DNA of 60,164 nucleotides from NCBI GenBank assembly GCA_937919035.1, contig CALFPI010000259.1, positions 1-60,164 of the forward strand. Direction: 5' to 3'. Positions 1-8,451 of this stretch are shown here, piece by piece (position 1 is the first letter of the stretch; the number at the start of each line of letters is the position of its first letter). The translations under genes were made by a program, and so were the position numbers. Below the pieces are notes generated by a model. It was not told the DNA's origin. It worked only from the letters and a program-made list of their open reading frames with translations, and searched no databases. This DNA is from an uncultured Gemmatimonadaceae bacterium (lineage in GTDB: Bacteria; Latescibacterota; UBA2968; UBA8231).

Positions 1-1
1 C

Positions 2-448
2 CGTTCCGACTCACCCCAGGGCCTGACCCAAGAGGATGGCCGCACCCAGGATCTTCTGGGTTCCGGGGAACTGATGAAACTGGTGGCGCAGCCGGCGGCC
101 TACTTGATCGAATTCCGTGACGGGCTGAAAGCGACGTTGTTGATGATCAACGGTGCCGTCGCCGACTTCTGCTTCGCCGCAAAACTGCAGGGGAAGGCCG
201 ACCCGGTGTCCTGTCAGTTCTTCCTGACACCTACACCGAACGTCACCTATTCCGCCTGCCTGGTAGCCAAGATTGATGAGATGCTGACGACCGGCGTGGC
301 GCCTTTCCCCGCAGAGCGCACGATGATCGTCAACGGCATTCTCGAAAGTTGCCTGCGCTCCCAACACGGGGGCCACAAGAAACTGAAAACGGCGCATCTC
401 AATGTCAGCTACCGCGCACCGGAGGAGTCGCACCACGGGCGCAGATAG
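2..448 (+). CDS. Hypothetical protein, C-terminal fragment (5' end outside the window)
   Basis: The frame of ORF 74..448 stays open back to nt 2, so the gene enters from upstream. Composition is balanced and non-repetitive (LIEFRDGLKATLLMINGAVADFCFAAKLQG...). No family recognised. Confidence 0.5.
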   Translation, partial: RSDSPQGLTQEDGRTQDLLGSGELMKLVAQPAAYLIEFRDGLKATLLMINGAVADFCFAAKLQGKADPVSCQFFLTPTPNVTYSACLVAKIDEMLTTGVAPFPAERTMIVNGILESCLRSQHGGHKKLKTAHLNVSYRAPEESHHGRR

Positions 449-465
449 CCGCCGCCCGCCAGAGG

Positions 466-720
466 CTACTGGATGTGGCCCTGCTGTCGCATCCAGGCCT
501 CGACTTCGTCGCCACCGACATCGGCCAGCATGTGGCCGTCGATCTCGACGCACGGGGAGGAGTACTGGCCACTCTTGGTGACCATCTCCTTGTAGGCATC
601 GGCATCACGGCTCACGTCACGGTAGTCGAACTCGTATTTGTTCGACTGCAGAAAGTGCACAACGCCGCGTGTCCACGGACACATGGGGCTGAGATAGGCG
701 ATGATTTTGGGCGTCGTCAC
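466..720 (-). CDS. Glutaredoxin-family small redox protein
   Basis: 84 aa with an N-terminal CPWT redox motif (YLSPMCPWTRG). The thioredoxin-fold pattern continues to ...SPCVEIDGHML. Confidence 0.7.
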   Translation of the reverse strand: MTTPKIIAYLSPMCPWTRGVVHFLQSNKYEFDYRDVSRDADAYKEMVTKSGQYSSPCVEIDGHMLADVGGDEVEAWMRQQGHIQ

Positions 721-771
721 GGTCTTGCCTGGTCGAATGGATGGGTTGATGGGCTGCGCTGAATTTCATCA

Positions 772-1662
772 TTGGCCGTGAATGTGTCGACAGCGGAGTT
801 GTTCGCCCTCGGTTGCGCCGTAATCTGGGCGGTGAATGCCCTCATTCTGCGCACCCTGACGGACGAGGTCGCCCCGGCGACGATCAACGCCGTGCGCTGC
901 GGTGCGGCGGGCGTAGCCTTTCTACTGTGGCTGCCGTTCAGCGCCCCCCTGTCGAGCCTGGCGGCGGTGCCATGGACGGAATGGGGCCTGCTGCTGCTGT
1001 CCCTGTCCTGCGGTCTCGTCATTGGCGACACATTGTATCTGGTGGCACTGCGTGAAATCGGCGTCGCCCGGGCCATGCCCCTATCGGGGACCTTTCCCCT
1101 CTCCACGTTGCTCTTTGAGCGCTTGTTGCTTGGCACACCGCTGCACCCGGGCCTGTTGGCCGGCTGCCTGCTGGTTGCTGTCGGCGTTGTGCTGATGGCG
1201 TGGGGTCGTACACCGATACCTGCTGACAACATGCCAGCGGCGCGGTTGTGGCGCGGTGTGCTCTTTGCCCTGGCCGCTTCCCTGCTCTGGGGCCTGGCGG
1301 TGACGCTGCTGAAACCGGCTCTGACCCACCTGACGATGGTGCAGGCCAACGCTGTACGGATGCCCATCGTCGCTTTGTTGCTGTACGTGTTCATGCTGCG
1401 CCCGTCCGGCCACCCTCTGCGCGTGCTGTCGCGTCGGGCCTGGGTGCTGCTTGTCGGCTCCGGATTGTCTGGCATGGGCCTGGGGGCCTACATGTTTCTC
1501 ACCGCTCTGTCGCAGATCGGTCCGGCCAAGGCAGTGGCGCTCACCAGCGCGTCACCCGTGTTCGGTGTCGCCCTGGCCGTGCTGTTTCTGCGGGAAAAGA
1601 TCACGCTTCGCGCCCTCACCGGCGCGGCCTGCTGTCTGGCCGGGGTCTATGCCGTGCTGTAA
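772..1662 (+). CDS. EamA/DMT-family transporter
   Basis: 296 aa with about 10 hydrophobic segments and a two-half EamA-like organisation (AVIWAVNALILR..., SASPVFGVALAVLFLREK). The start is TTG; GTG at 778 or 784 are alternatives. Confidence 0.7.
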   Translation: MAVNVSTAELFALGCAVIWAVNALILRTLTDEVAPATINAVRCGAAGVAFLLWLPFSAPLSSLAAVPWTEWGLLLLSLSCGLVIGDTLYLVALREIGVARAMPLSGTFPLSTLLFERLLLGTPLHPGLLAGCLLVAVGVVLMAWGRTPIPADNMPAARLWRGVLFALAASLLWGLAVTLLKPALTHLTMVQANAVRMPIVALLLYVFMLRPSGHPLRVLSRRAWVLLVGSGLSGMGLGAYMFLTALSQIGPAKAVALTSASPVFGVALAVLFLREKITLRALTGAACCLAGVYAVL

Positions 1663-1668
1663 GGCCGC

Positions 1669-3633
1669 TCATCCCCGGAACGAGTCAGTAAGGGCGCCAC
1701 GCCACCAGAGGATGTACTTGGCCCGGTCCAGCGGCGAAATGCCCTTGTAGGCCCGCGTCTGGCCAAGTCCGGGTGGACAGTCCTGGTAGCCATCAAACCA
1801 GGTGGACAGGGTGCCACGACCGCCACTGATCGAACTGAGGCGGATGGCGTAGTCCATGGAGGTTGCCAGGGGCAGCCGGCCGCGCAGAACGAACTGGCCC
1901 TGGTCCACATGCGCCGGCTCGAAGACGCCACGCATATTGACCACATCACCGGTGACCTTGCCCAGAAACGCCTCCGGCGCCGCGATGCGAAAAGTGAGCA
2001 TGGGCTCCAGCAGCTTCGTCTCCGTCGCCGTCAGGGCTTTGAGGATCGCCATGTCGGTTGCCAGCTTGAAATCACCGGGCCGACTGTGCAGCAGGTGATG
2101 GTTGCCCTCCACGAGGGTGATGGACAGATCCGTCGTCTGCCACCCCTTGGGCCCCTGACTGAGGGCATGTTCGATGCGCTCGGCGATCTCGTTCTGGTAC
2201 TTTGGGGCGATGTCACTCTTGTCGACCTGTGAGTGATAGCTGACACCACTGCCGGGCAGCGCCGGTTCGATGTGGAAGCCGACAATAGCCCAGCAGGGCT
2301 TGGGCATGGTGTAGCTCTCCGCACCCTCGCCGCTGCTGAGGGGGGTCTCCTGATAGATCACCGTCGGTGGGCCGAATTCTACAGCAAGGCCAAAACGGGT
2401 CTGCAGGATTTCGGTGAGAATCTCGGTCTGCACGACGCCCATGATGCGTACATGTAACTCGCGTTCGGCGCCGAACCAGCGGAAGTCGAGATGCGGATCC
2501 TCACTCGACAGTTGCTGCAGCGCCGCCGCCAGAGGCGCAAAATCCTGTGCCTGCTGCGGCGAGACCTGCACCGACAGCAGCGGCGCCGTCAGCGTGTGCC
2601 CCCCGGGCACCGGCGCCGCATCACCGAGGATGTCACCGATTTTGACCTCGGGCATGCCGCAGAGAAAACCGATGTCACCAGCCAGCAATTCCGCAACATC
2701 CTCGTAGCGGCCCAGATTCACTCGCTTGATCTGGGTGATCAGTTCCTGGCGACCTGCCGTGGCATTGTCGACTCGATCCCGTGTCCGCAACCGCCCGGCG
2801 AACAGGCGGACACCAGCGACGCGTCCCAGTTTGGCGTCATGATCGAGGCGAAAGACAACCGCCGACAGCGGCGCATCGACGTCGGCAGGCGCATCCGGCA
2901 GATAACGCACCATGGCGTCGAGCACGGCATCGATGCCGGAGCCATTCTTCGCCGTGCCGCAAACCACCGGAAACAGCCGGCGTGTGGCGACGGCCCGGGC
3001 CAGCACCGGTTGCCACTGGTCGGCAGAAAGAGCGCCGTCGGCTGCGAGCCAGGCATCCAGCAAGGCCTCGTCGGTGGCGGCAACGGCCTCGAGCAAAGCA
3101 GCCCTGTCCGCCGGCTCAGAGTCGGCGGCGGCTGCCGCATCCCCCTCACCTGTGGCACGGTTCAGACAGACGATGTCCGCCGAGAAGTCTGTCTGCATCT
3201 GCGCCACGACGGCAGCAGCGTCGGCGCCGAGGCGATCGATCTTGTTGACGAAGATGAGCACGGGCAGGCCACGGGCCTTCAGGGCCTTCCAGATGGTCTC
3301 GGTCTGCGTCTGGATGCCCTCGACGGCGGAGACGACGAGCACAGCTCCATCAAGCACACGCAGGGAGCGTTCGACCTCAGCCGAGAAGTCGACGTGGCCG
3401 GGCGTGTCGATCAGTTGGAAGCGGACATCCTGCCAATCGAAACACAGGCTCGAAGCGCGCACCGAAATGCCCCGGCGTCGTTCCACATCAAGGGAATCGG
3501 ACAGACTTGTGCCCTTGTCGACATTGCCCGCCGAGCGCGTGGCGCCGCTGTGAAACAGCAGGCTTTCGGTGAGGGTCGTCTTGCCGGCGTCGACGTGGGC
3601 GAGAATACCGAGATTGCGGATGCGTGCAGGAAT
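1669..3633 (-). CDS. Translational GTPase, EF-G/TetM (ribosome-protection-like) family
   Basis: Motifs DTPGHVDF and NKIDR plus an EF-G-type C-terminus. The frame stays open upstream of the track start (GTG 3486) and encodes IRNLGILAHVDAGKTTLTE (G1 motif). No ATG/GTG/TTG lies before the in-frame TAG at 3681..3679. The start given here is ATT 3633..3631 and is uncertain. Confidence 0.8.
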   Translation of the reverse strand: MPARIRNLGILAHVDAGKTTLTESLLFHSGATRSAGNVDKGTSLSDSLDVERRRGISVRASSLCFDWQDVRFQLIDTPGHVDFSAEVERSLRVLDGAVLVVSAVEGIQTQTETIWKALKARGLPVLIFVNKIDRLGADAAAVVAQMQTDFSADIVCLNRATGEGDAAAAADSEPADRAALLEAVAATDEALLDAWLAADGALSADQWQPVLARAVATRRLFPVVCGTAKNGSGIDAVLDAMVRYLPDAPADVDAPLSAVVFRLDHDAKLGRVAGVRLFAGRLRTRDRVDNATAGRQELITQIKRVNLGRYEDVAELLAGDIGFLCGMPEVKIGDILGDAAPVPGGHTLTAPLLSVQVSPQQAQDFAPLAAALQQLSSEDPHLDFRWFGAERELHVRIMGVVQTEILTEILQTRFGLAVEFGPPTVIYQETPLSSGEGAESYTMPKPCWAIVGFHIEPALPGSGVSYHSQVDKSDIAPKYQNEIAERIEHALSQGPKGWQTTDLSITLVEGNHHLLHSRPGDFKLATDMAILKALTATETKLLEPMLTFRIAAPEAFLGKVTGDVVNMRGVFEPAHVDQGQFVLRGRLPLATSMDYAIRLSSISGGRGTLSTWFDGYQDCPPGLGQTRAYKGISPLDRAKYILWWRGALTDSFRG

Positions 3634-3981
3634 TGGGCGTCGCCTTGCGCGGGACCGGTGGCTGGTGGGGGCTGCCGTCTAAGGTAGGCGCCGTGGCGGT
3701 GCTGTCAGCCCTGGGACGGATCTGTGGTCCGCGGCAGAGCATGGCGGATTCGCCAACGAAGGGGATCGCCAGGGTGCCACCGATGACGGCTTGCGCCATG
3801 GATCAGCACGGTGGCATCGGTGGGGCCCACGCGGCGCAGAACCCGCTCCATTTGCTGCATGGGGGGCTTTCGCCGCTCAGGCCAGACGCCTCCAATCCCA
3901 TGGCTGCACTCCTGAAGAACTGTAGGGTGGCTGACACTTTTCGGCAGACAATATACGCCCCCCAGCCGGCTGGACCGAAGG

Positions 3982-5028
3982 CTAAAGGAACAATGGGCCC
4001 ATTGTCAGATCGTCCGGCGCGATGGCTGGCAGGTCGTACTCGGCGGCGATCAGTTGGCGAATGGCGACCAACTCACGCTTGCCCTCGGGAACCAGTGTCG
4101 GCAGCAGCAATCGCGGCATGTGATTGCATAGCCACTGATCGAGAAAATGGGGTGGCACCTTCAATCGCCGGCAGGGCCAGACGATCTTGTCGGCCACCAG
4201 GCGCTCGCGGTCCAGGCGTCCGAAGGTTGATACCGGTTGCTCATTCAGCGTCGTGCGGTTGACCAGCACCAGATCCGCGCCCGCCAGATGCGCCTCCACC
4301 GTCATGACGGCCTCGCAGCCGTGACGGTAGTAGGCGCTCTCGTCTACGCCGCAAAAATCCGGCGGGCGCAGAAATACGGCCTCCATGACCTGCCGGGAAA
4401 ACAGCTTGAATCCCGAATGAAAATCCGGGAATTCCTCCAACGTGGTCGCCAGTGCCAACCGCAGCGGTCGATCGCGGATCGCCGCATCGTACGCCATGGC
4501 ATCCAGCAGCACCCGATCTGCCAGTTCTTCCAGCTCGCCGCGCAGCCAACCCATGGGCCGATGTCGGGAGATCCGCCGCCCGAGCACGTGTACCCCGGTC
4601 GCGCCCCGCTCCTGCTGCGCGTAGATGCCGGCACGAACCAGATTGACAAGCTCATTGGCAAAGTGGTCCCCATCGGCATCGATCGTGGCGAACCACTGCA
4701 ATCGGGCCCGTTCCCCCAGCCGTTCCATGCCCAGGCGCAACGCGTGCAGTTTGCCGCGGTTTGTCGGACTGACTACGAAGTCGGTGCCATGGCGGGAAGC
4801 GAGGGCGTGGACGACCGTGGCGCCACAGTCTGTCCCATCGGCGACAAGACAGATTGTCGCAGGATCATCGACAGCCGCCATGCAGGCGGCCAGATTGTCC
4901 TCCAGCAACGCAATGGCGTCGGTATCGTCCATTTCTGGTGGCAGATATACGGGGATGACGATCCCTGTGGTCCGCCGGCTGGCATCTCTGGCAGCGGCGG
5001 CGCTTGCGGCAGGAAGAGGCTGGGTCAT
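3982..5028 (-). CDS. Glycosyltransferase family 2-like protein
   Basis: GT2-type pattern: IVIPVY..., ADGTDCG (resembles DDGSTD), NRGKLHAL, IDADGDH (DXD). Confidence 0.6.
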   Translation of the reverse strand: MTQPLPAASAAAARDASRRTTGIVIPVYLPPEMDDTDAIALLEDNLAACMAAVDDPATICLVADGTDCGATVVHALASRHGTDFVVSPTNRGKLHALRLGMERLGERARLQWFATIDADGDHFANELVNLVRAGIYAQQERGATGVHVLGRRISRHRPMGWLRGELEELADRVLLDAMAYDAAIRDRPLRLALATTLEEFPDFHSGFKLFSRQVMEAVFLRPPDFCGVDESAYYRHGCEAVMTVEAHLAGADLVLVNRTTLNEQPVSTFGRLDRERLVADKIVWPCRRLKVPPHFLDQWLCNHMPRLLLPTLVPEGKRELVAIRQLIAAEYDLPAIAPDDLTMGPLFL

Positions 5029-5144
5029 CTTTCGACCTGTTTTTGGAGAGTAATCTGCAATTTCACCCGTGTGGGGATGCCCTGAACGGGAAGGGCCAAC
5101 ATAATCAGTTGGCTCGCATCGATGTCGCCCTTACTTTTCGTCTC

Positions 5145-5894
5145 ATGTCCACAGCCATTGAACAACCGCAACTGACGACGGCCCAGCTTCTGGATGACGG
5201 TCCGATCCTCGTTGTTGACGATGACGAGGCCCTGCGCCGCCTGTGCACGCGTGTGTTGGCAGCACGGGGATACGAAGTCCACACCGCCTGTGACGGCGAA
5301 GAGGCTGTGCGCAAAGTGCAGAGCCACGCCTACCGCGTCGTCTTGCTGGATCTGAAGATGCCCGGCATGGACGGCATCGAATGTCTGAAACAGATGAAGG
5401 CTCGCGGCTGCCGCGCCGATGTGGTGATGATCACCGGCTACGGCAATGTGCCCACCGCCGTCGAAGCCATGAAGGTGGGCGCCCGTGACTTCATCGAGAA
5501 ACCGTTCAAGCCACAGGATCTGCATGCCATGCTGGAGGACATCCTCCAGCGGCAGTCCCGCGACGCGCAACTGTCGACGGATCCGGTCGTCGCCTTCATT
5601 CAGCAGCACGCCGTCGAGATCAGTTCCCGCAAGGATGTTGCCGATCGCCTGGGCGTCAGTCTCGAACGTGTCTCCACGCGGGTTCAGGAGGAGACGAGCT
5701 GTTCCTTCCGCGAATTCCTCCACGCTTGCCGCCTGAATCTGGCCAAGCGATTGCTCGAGACGACGAAACTCGACATTTCCGAGGTCTCGACCCGTACCGG
5801 CTTCCAAACTGTGCAGCACTTCAGCCGGGTCTTCAGCAAACGGGTGGGCGTATCGCCAAAAAAATACCGTCTGCAGAGCCGCGCCGAATCCTGA
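5145..5894 (+). CDS. Response regulator, CheY receiver + AraC-type HTH
   Basis: The receiver reads ILVVDDDEAL...VLLDLKMPGMDG...KPF. The C-terminal AraC HTH reads FREFLHACRLNLAKRLL...TGFQTVQHFSRVFSKRVGVSPKKYR. ATG 5145 was chosen because the upstream part of ORF 5004 would overlap the divergent gene. Confidence 0.85.
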   Translation: MSTAIEQPQLTTAQLLDDGPILVVDDDEALRRLCTRVLAARGYEVHTACDGEEAVRKVQSHAYRVVLLDLKMPGMDGIECLKQMKARGCRADVVMITGYGNVPTAVEAMKVGARDFIEKPFKPQDLHAMLEDILQRQSRDAQLSTDPVVAFIQQHAVEISSRKDVADRLGVSLERVSTRVQEETSCSFREFLHACRLNLAKRLLETTKLDISEVSTRTGFQTVQHFSRVFSKRVGVSPKKYRLQSRAES

Positions 5895-5926
5895 ACCGAC
5901 CTCTATCGACGTTCAATCACGCGGCA

Positions 5927-5963
5927 AAACGCCCCGTCATGGTTCATGACGAGGCGTTTCTTC
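5927..5963. terminator. Bidirectional intrinsic terminator hairpin between convergent genes
   Basis: aaacgccccgtcatg-gtt-catgacgaggcgttt forms a 15-bp stem with one mismatch. It is followed by TTTC on the plus strand and TTTT on the minus strand. Confidence 0.6.
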
Positions 5964-5984
5964 GTGCCGCGATGCAGCGGGCCC

Positions 5985-7571
5985 CTAGGCAGGAACATCC
6001 CCTGTAGACCACACACCATCGACCAACCGTGCCACGCCGCCGGGATTCTTGTTCTGCAACTCCGCTGGCAGACGGTCGTCACGAACATTGTCGTAACACG
6101 ACAACATGCCGAAGCGCAGCAGCGATGCGGGGATGCCGACGGCGGTGAAGCCGGGATGCCCCGTCGCCGGATACGGCCCGCCGTGGTTCATGGAGGGCAC
6201 CACCGCTACGCCCGTGGGCATCTTGTCATTGAGCAATCGGCCGACTTTGCGCCGCAACAGTGGAGCGATGCGGTCGTAGGCGTCATCGTCGGTGCCAGCC
6301 GTGGCAGAATAGATGCTGCCTGTCAGGTTGCCTTCAAAATGACGTGCCACGGCACAGGCCTGATCGACGTCGTCGGCAACGATGAACAGACTTTCGTTGC
6401 CGAAGGCTTCCGTCTGCAGCGCCTCCGGATTCTGTAGAAATGTCGCGCCCGACACGCACAGCAAGGTGTTGCTGAAACTGAATCCCTGTCCGGCACCGGC
6501 CTGGCCGCCCGTCAGCAATTCGGCACCGGCCTGCTGCAGGGCGGCGACGCTGCGACTCAGTCCCGTTTCGACACCCCGGGCCAGCAGCGTGCCCACAGGT
6601 GCTGCCTCGAAGCGCTCCTTCACCTGCTGAATGAAGCTGTCCGTCGTGTCACCTTTGAGCAGCACGACGATGCCAGGGTTGGTGCAGAACTGACCGGTAC
6701 CCATCAGGCAGGAGGTGCTGAATTCGTCGGCCATCGCCTCGCCGCGTTCCTTCAGGGCCCCCGGCAGGATGTAGACGGGGTTGATGGAACTGAGCTCCAG
6801 GTAGATCGGCTTGCCCGCCGCATCGGCGGCGGCCTTCAAGGTCAGACCCGCGTCGCGTGAGCCCGTGTAGCCGGTGGCTCCGATCTTTGCATGCGATACC
6901 AGTTTGGCCCCGACGGCGTGATCGGTACGGTAGATGAGCTGCACCGTCGCCAGTGGCAACCCTGTTGCTTTGAGGGCTTCCAGGGCCTCTTCTGCCAGCA
7001 GGCGACTGGTACCCGGATGCGAGGAATTTGCCTTGCCGATGACGGGGCAACCGGCACCGATGGCGGCAGCAAAATCGCCACCGGAAACACTGTTGAAGGC
7101 GAGGGGGAAGTTGTTCGGTCCGAAGACGGCGACGCCGCCCTCCAACGCCTGATAGAGGGAGCGGATGTTGCTGGCCGTATCAATCGTCGGCAGGCACCAG
7201 GAACCGGTTCGAGCCGCCGCTGCCGCCTGGCGCAGTTGCCCTGTGGTACGCGGAAGTTCAATGGCAGCCAGACGCGTCGGTGCCGGCAGTCCCGATTCGG
7301 TGGCGGCCATCGCGACGATCTCGTCGGCGCGCGCCTCGATGCGGTCCGCGTAGGTCTCGAGAAAACGGGCGATGCCTTCGGGATAGAAAGCCCGCAATTG
7401 TTCCGAAGCTACGGCAGCTGCCTCGATGGCTTCCAGCACTTCTGCTTCGTTGCTGACAGGGTAGAGTTCGCCCGTCGCTTCTCGAGTTGTCGGATTGTCC
7501 GGTTCGAAGGTGCTTGACGCCTGCGAATCTCTCCAGGCGCCGGCGACAAGGACCTTCTGGGTTTTCGACAT
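5985..7571 (-). CDS. NAD(P)-dependent aldehyde dehydrogenase, 2,5-dioxovalerate (alpha-ketoglutaric semialdehyde) dehydrogenase-like
   Basis: 528 aa. ALDH catalytic motifs are ELSSINP and GQFCTNPG. Length and N-terminus are typical of the KGSADH subgroup. Confidence 0.8.
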   Translation of the reverse strand: MSKTQKVLVAGAWRDSQASSTFEPDNPTTREATGELYPVSNEAEVLEAIEAAAVASEQLRAFYPEGIARFLETYADRIEARADEIVAMAATESGLPAPTRLAAIELPRTTGQLRQAAAAARTGSWCLPTIDTASNIRSLYQALEGGVAVFGPNNFPLAFNSVSGGDFAAAIGAGCPVIGKANSSHPGTSRLLAEEALEALKATGLPLATVQLIYRTDHAVGAKLVSHAKIGATGYTGSRDAGLTLKAAADAAGKPIYLELSSINPVYILPGALKERGEAMADEFSTSCLMGTGQFCTNPGIVVLLKGDTTDSFIQQVKERFEAAPVGTLLARGVETGLSRSVAALQQAGAELLTGGQAGAGQGFSFSNTLLCVSGATFLQNPEALQTEAFGNESLFIVADDVDQACAVARHFEGNLTGSIYSATAGTDDDAYDRIAPLLRRKVGRLLNDKMPTGVAVVPSMNHGGPYPATGHPGFTAVGIPASLLRFGMLSCYDNVRDDRLPAELQNKNPGGVARLVDGVWSTGDVPA

Positions 7572-7605
7572 ATCTCAACGGTCTCCTGGTGGTGGGGCGA
7601 TAGGT

Positions 7606-8397
7606 TCAGGTATTGCGGAGCAGTTCCTGGCCATCAACACGGTCCCGATAGCCGCGCACCATGGGGCCGGGACGACCTTGGCTCTGGCCGGCAGTCTGCT
7701 TGTTCTGCGGGTTACGGTAGCCGACACGAACCATGCGCCGCGCTTTGTCGGTCTGATTGATGTGTGATCCGTGAATCGTGTGGATGCTGAAAAACACCAC
7801 GTCACCGCGTTGGGCAGGCACGGCAATCGTGTCCTTGAGGCTGTACTGGTCGGTGGGCAGGTGTGGGGTACAGCCCTCGCCGTCGGGCAGCTGCGTGATG
7901 TGTTCGAGGGCGCCCTGCTTGTGCGAGCCGGCGAGAAAGCGGATCTCGCCATTTTCGTGGCAGGTGTCATCGAGATGCACAAGCACATCGATGTAGCGAC
8001 CATCCTCGTGCATATAAAAGGGGTGATCCTGGTGCATCGGAAAAGGATGTCCCGCCGAGGGTGGCTTGATGTGCAACGTCGAGTGATGCAGTTCGACGTT
8101 GGGCCCAAGGATGTCGCTGACGGCCTCCGTCAGGCGCGGATCTGTCACTGCCTGTTGCCACGCCTGCGAGTACAGGTAGAGATCGTGCATCGCTGTCAGT
8201 TTCGATGCCTTTTCCGTCTGTTCATCCATGTACACCCGACGCCAGGGACCGGTCCAGCCAGGGCTCGTCATGGCCCACTCGGCTACGAGGCGTTCGAGGT
8301 CGGCGTCGAGGCCGTCCATTTGTTCCGGGGTAAACATCCCGGGGATCCGCAGATACCCCTGTTCGCGGAAAAAGTCGACCTGGTCGGGACTCAACAT
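7606..8397 (-). CDS. PhyH-family Fe(II)/2-oxoglutarate dioxygenase
   Basis: N-terminus LSPDQVDFFREQGYL, HxD in PMHQDHPFY, and a distal His in IHTIHGSH. ATG 8397 was chosen; ORF-track start 8424 is an alternative. Confidence 0.75.
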   Translation of the reverse strand: MLSPDQVDFFREQGYLRIPGMFTPEQMDGLDADLERLVAEWAMTSPGWTGPWRRVYMDEQTEKASKLTAMHDLYLYSQAWQQAVTDPRLTEAVSDILGPNVELHHSTLHIKPPSAGHPFPMHQDHPFYMHEDGRYIDVLVHLDDTCHENGEIRFLAGSHKQGALEHITQLPDGEGCTPHLPTDQYSLKDTIAVPAQRGDVVFFSIHTIHGSHINQTDKARRMVRVGYRNPQNKQTAGQSQGRPGPMVRGYRDRVDGQELLRNT

Positions 8398-8451
8398 GGG
8401 GCAACACGTCCTTTGTCGTGGCAAACCGTGGGCGATTCCGGCACAAGACAG

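Noticed and set aside
2491-3687. 398-aa plus-strand ORF, together with similar long ORFs at 18949..20262, 28636..30000, 45009..46403, 46022..47371, 50368..51498, 40500..41384, 21650..22375 and 35889..36806.
   Set aside because: All lie antisense or out of frame to genes with strong motif support. Their Arg/Gly/Pro-biased composition is typical of non-coding frames in GC-rich DNA.
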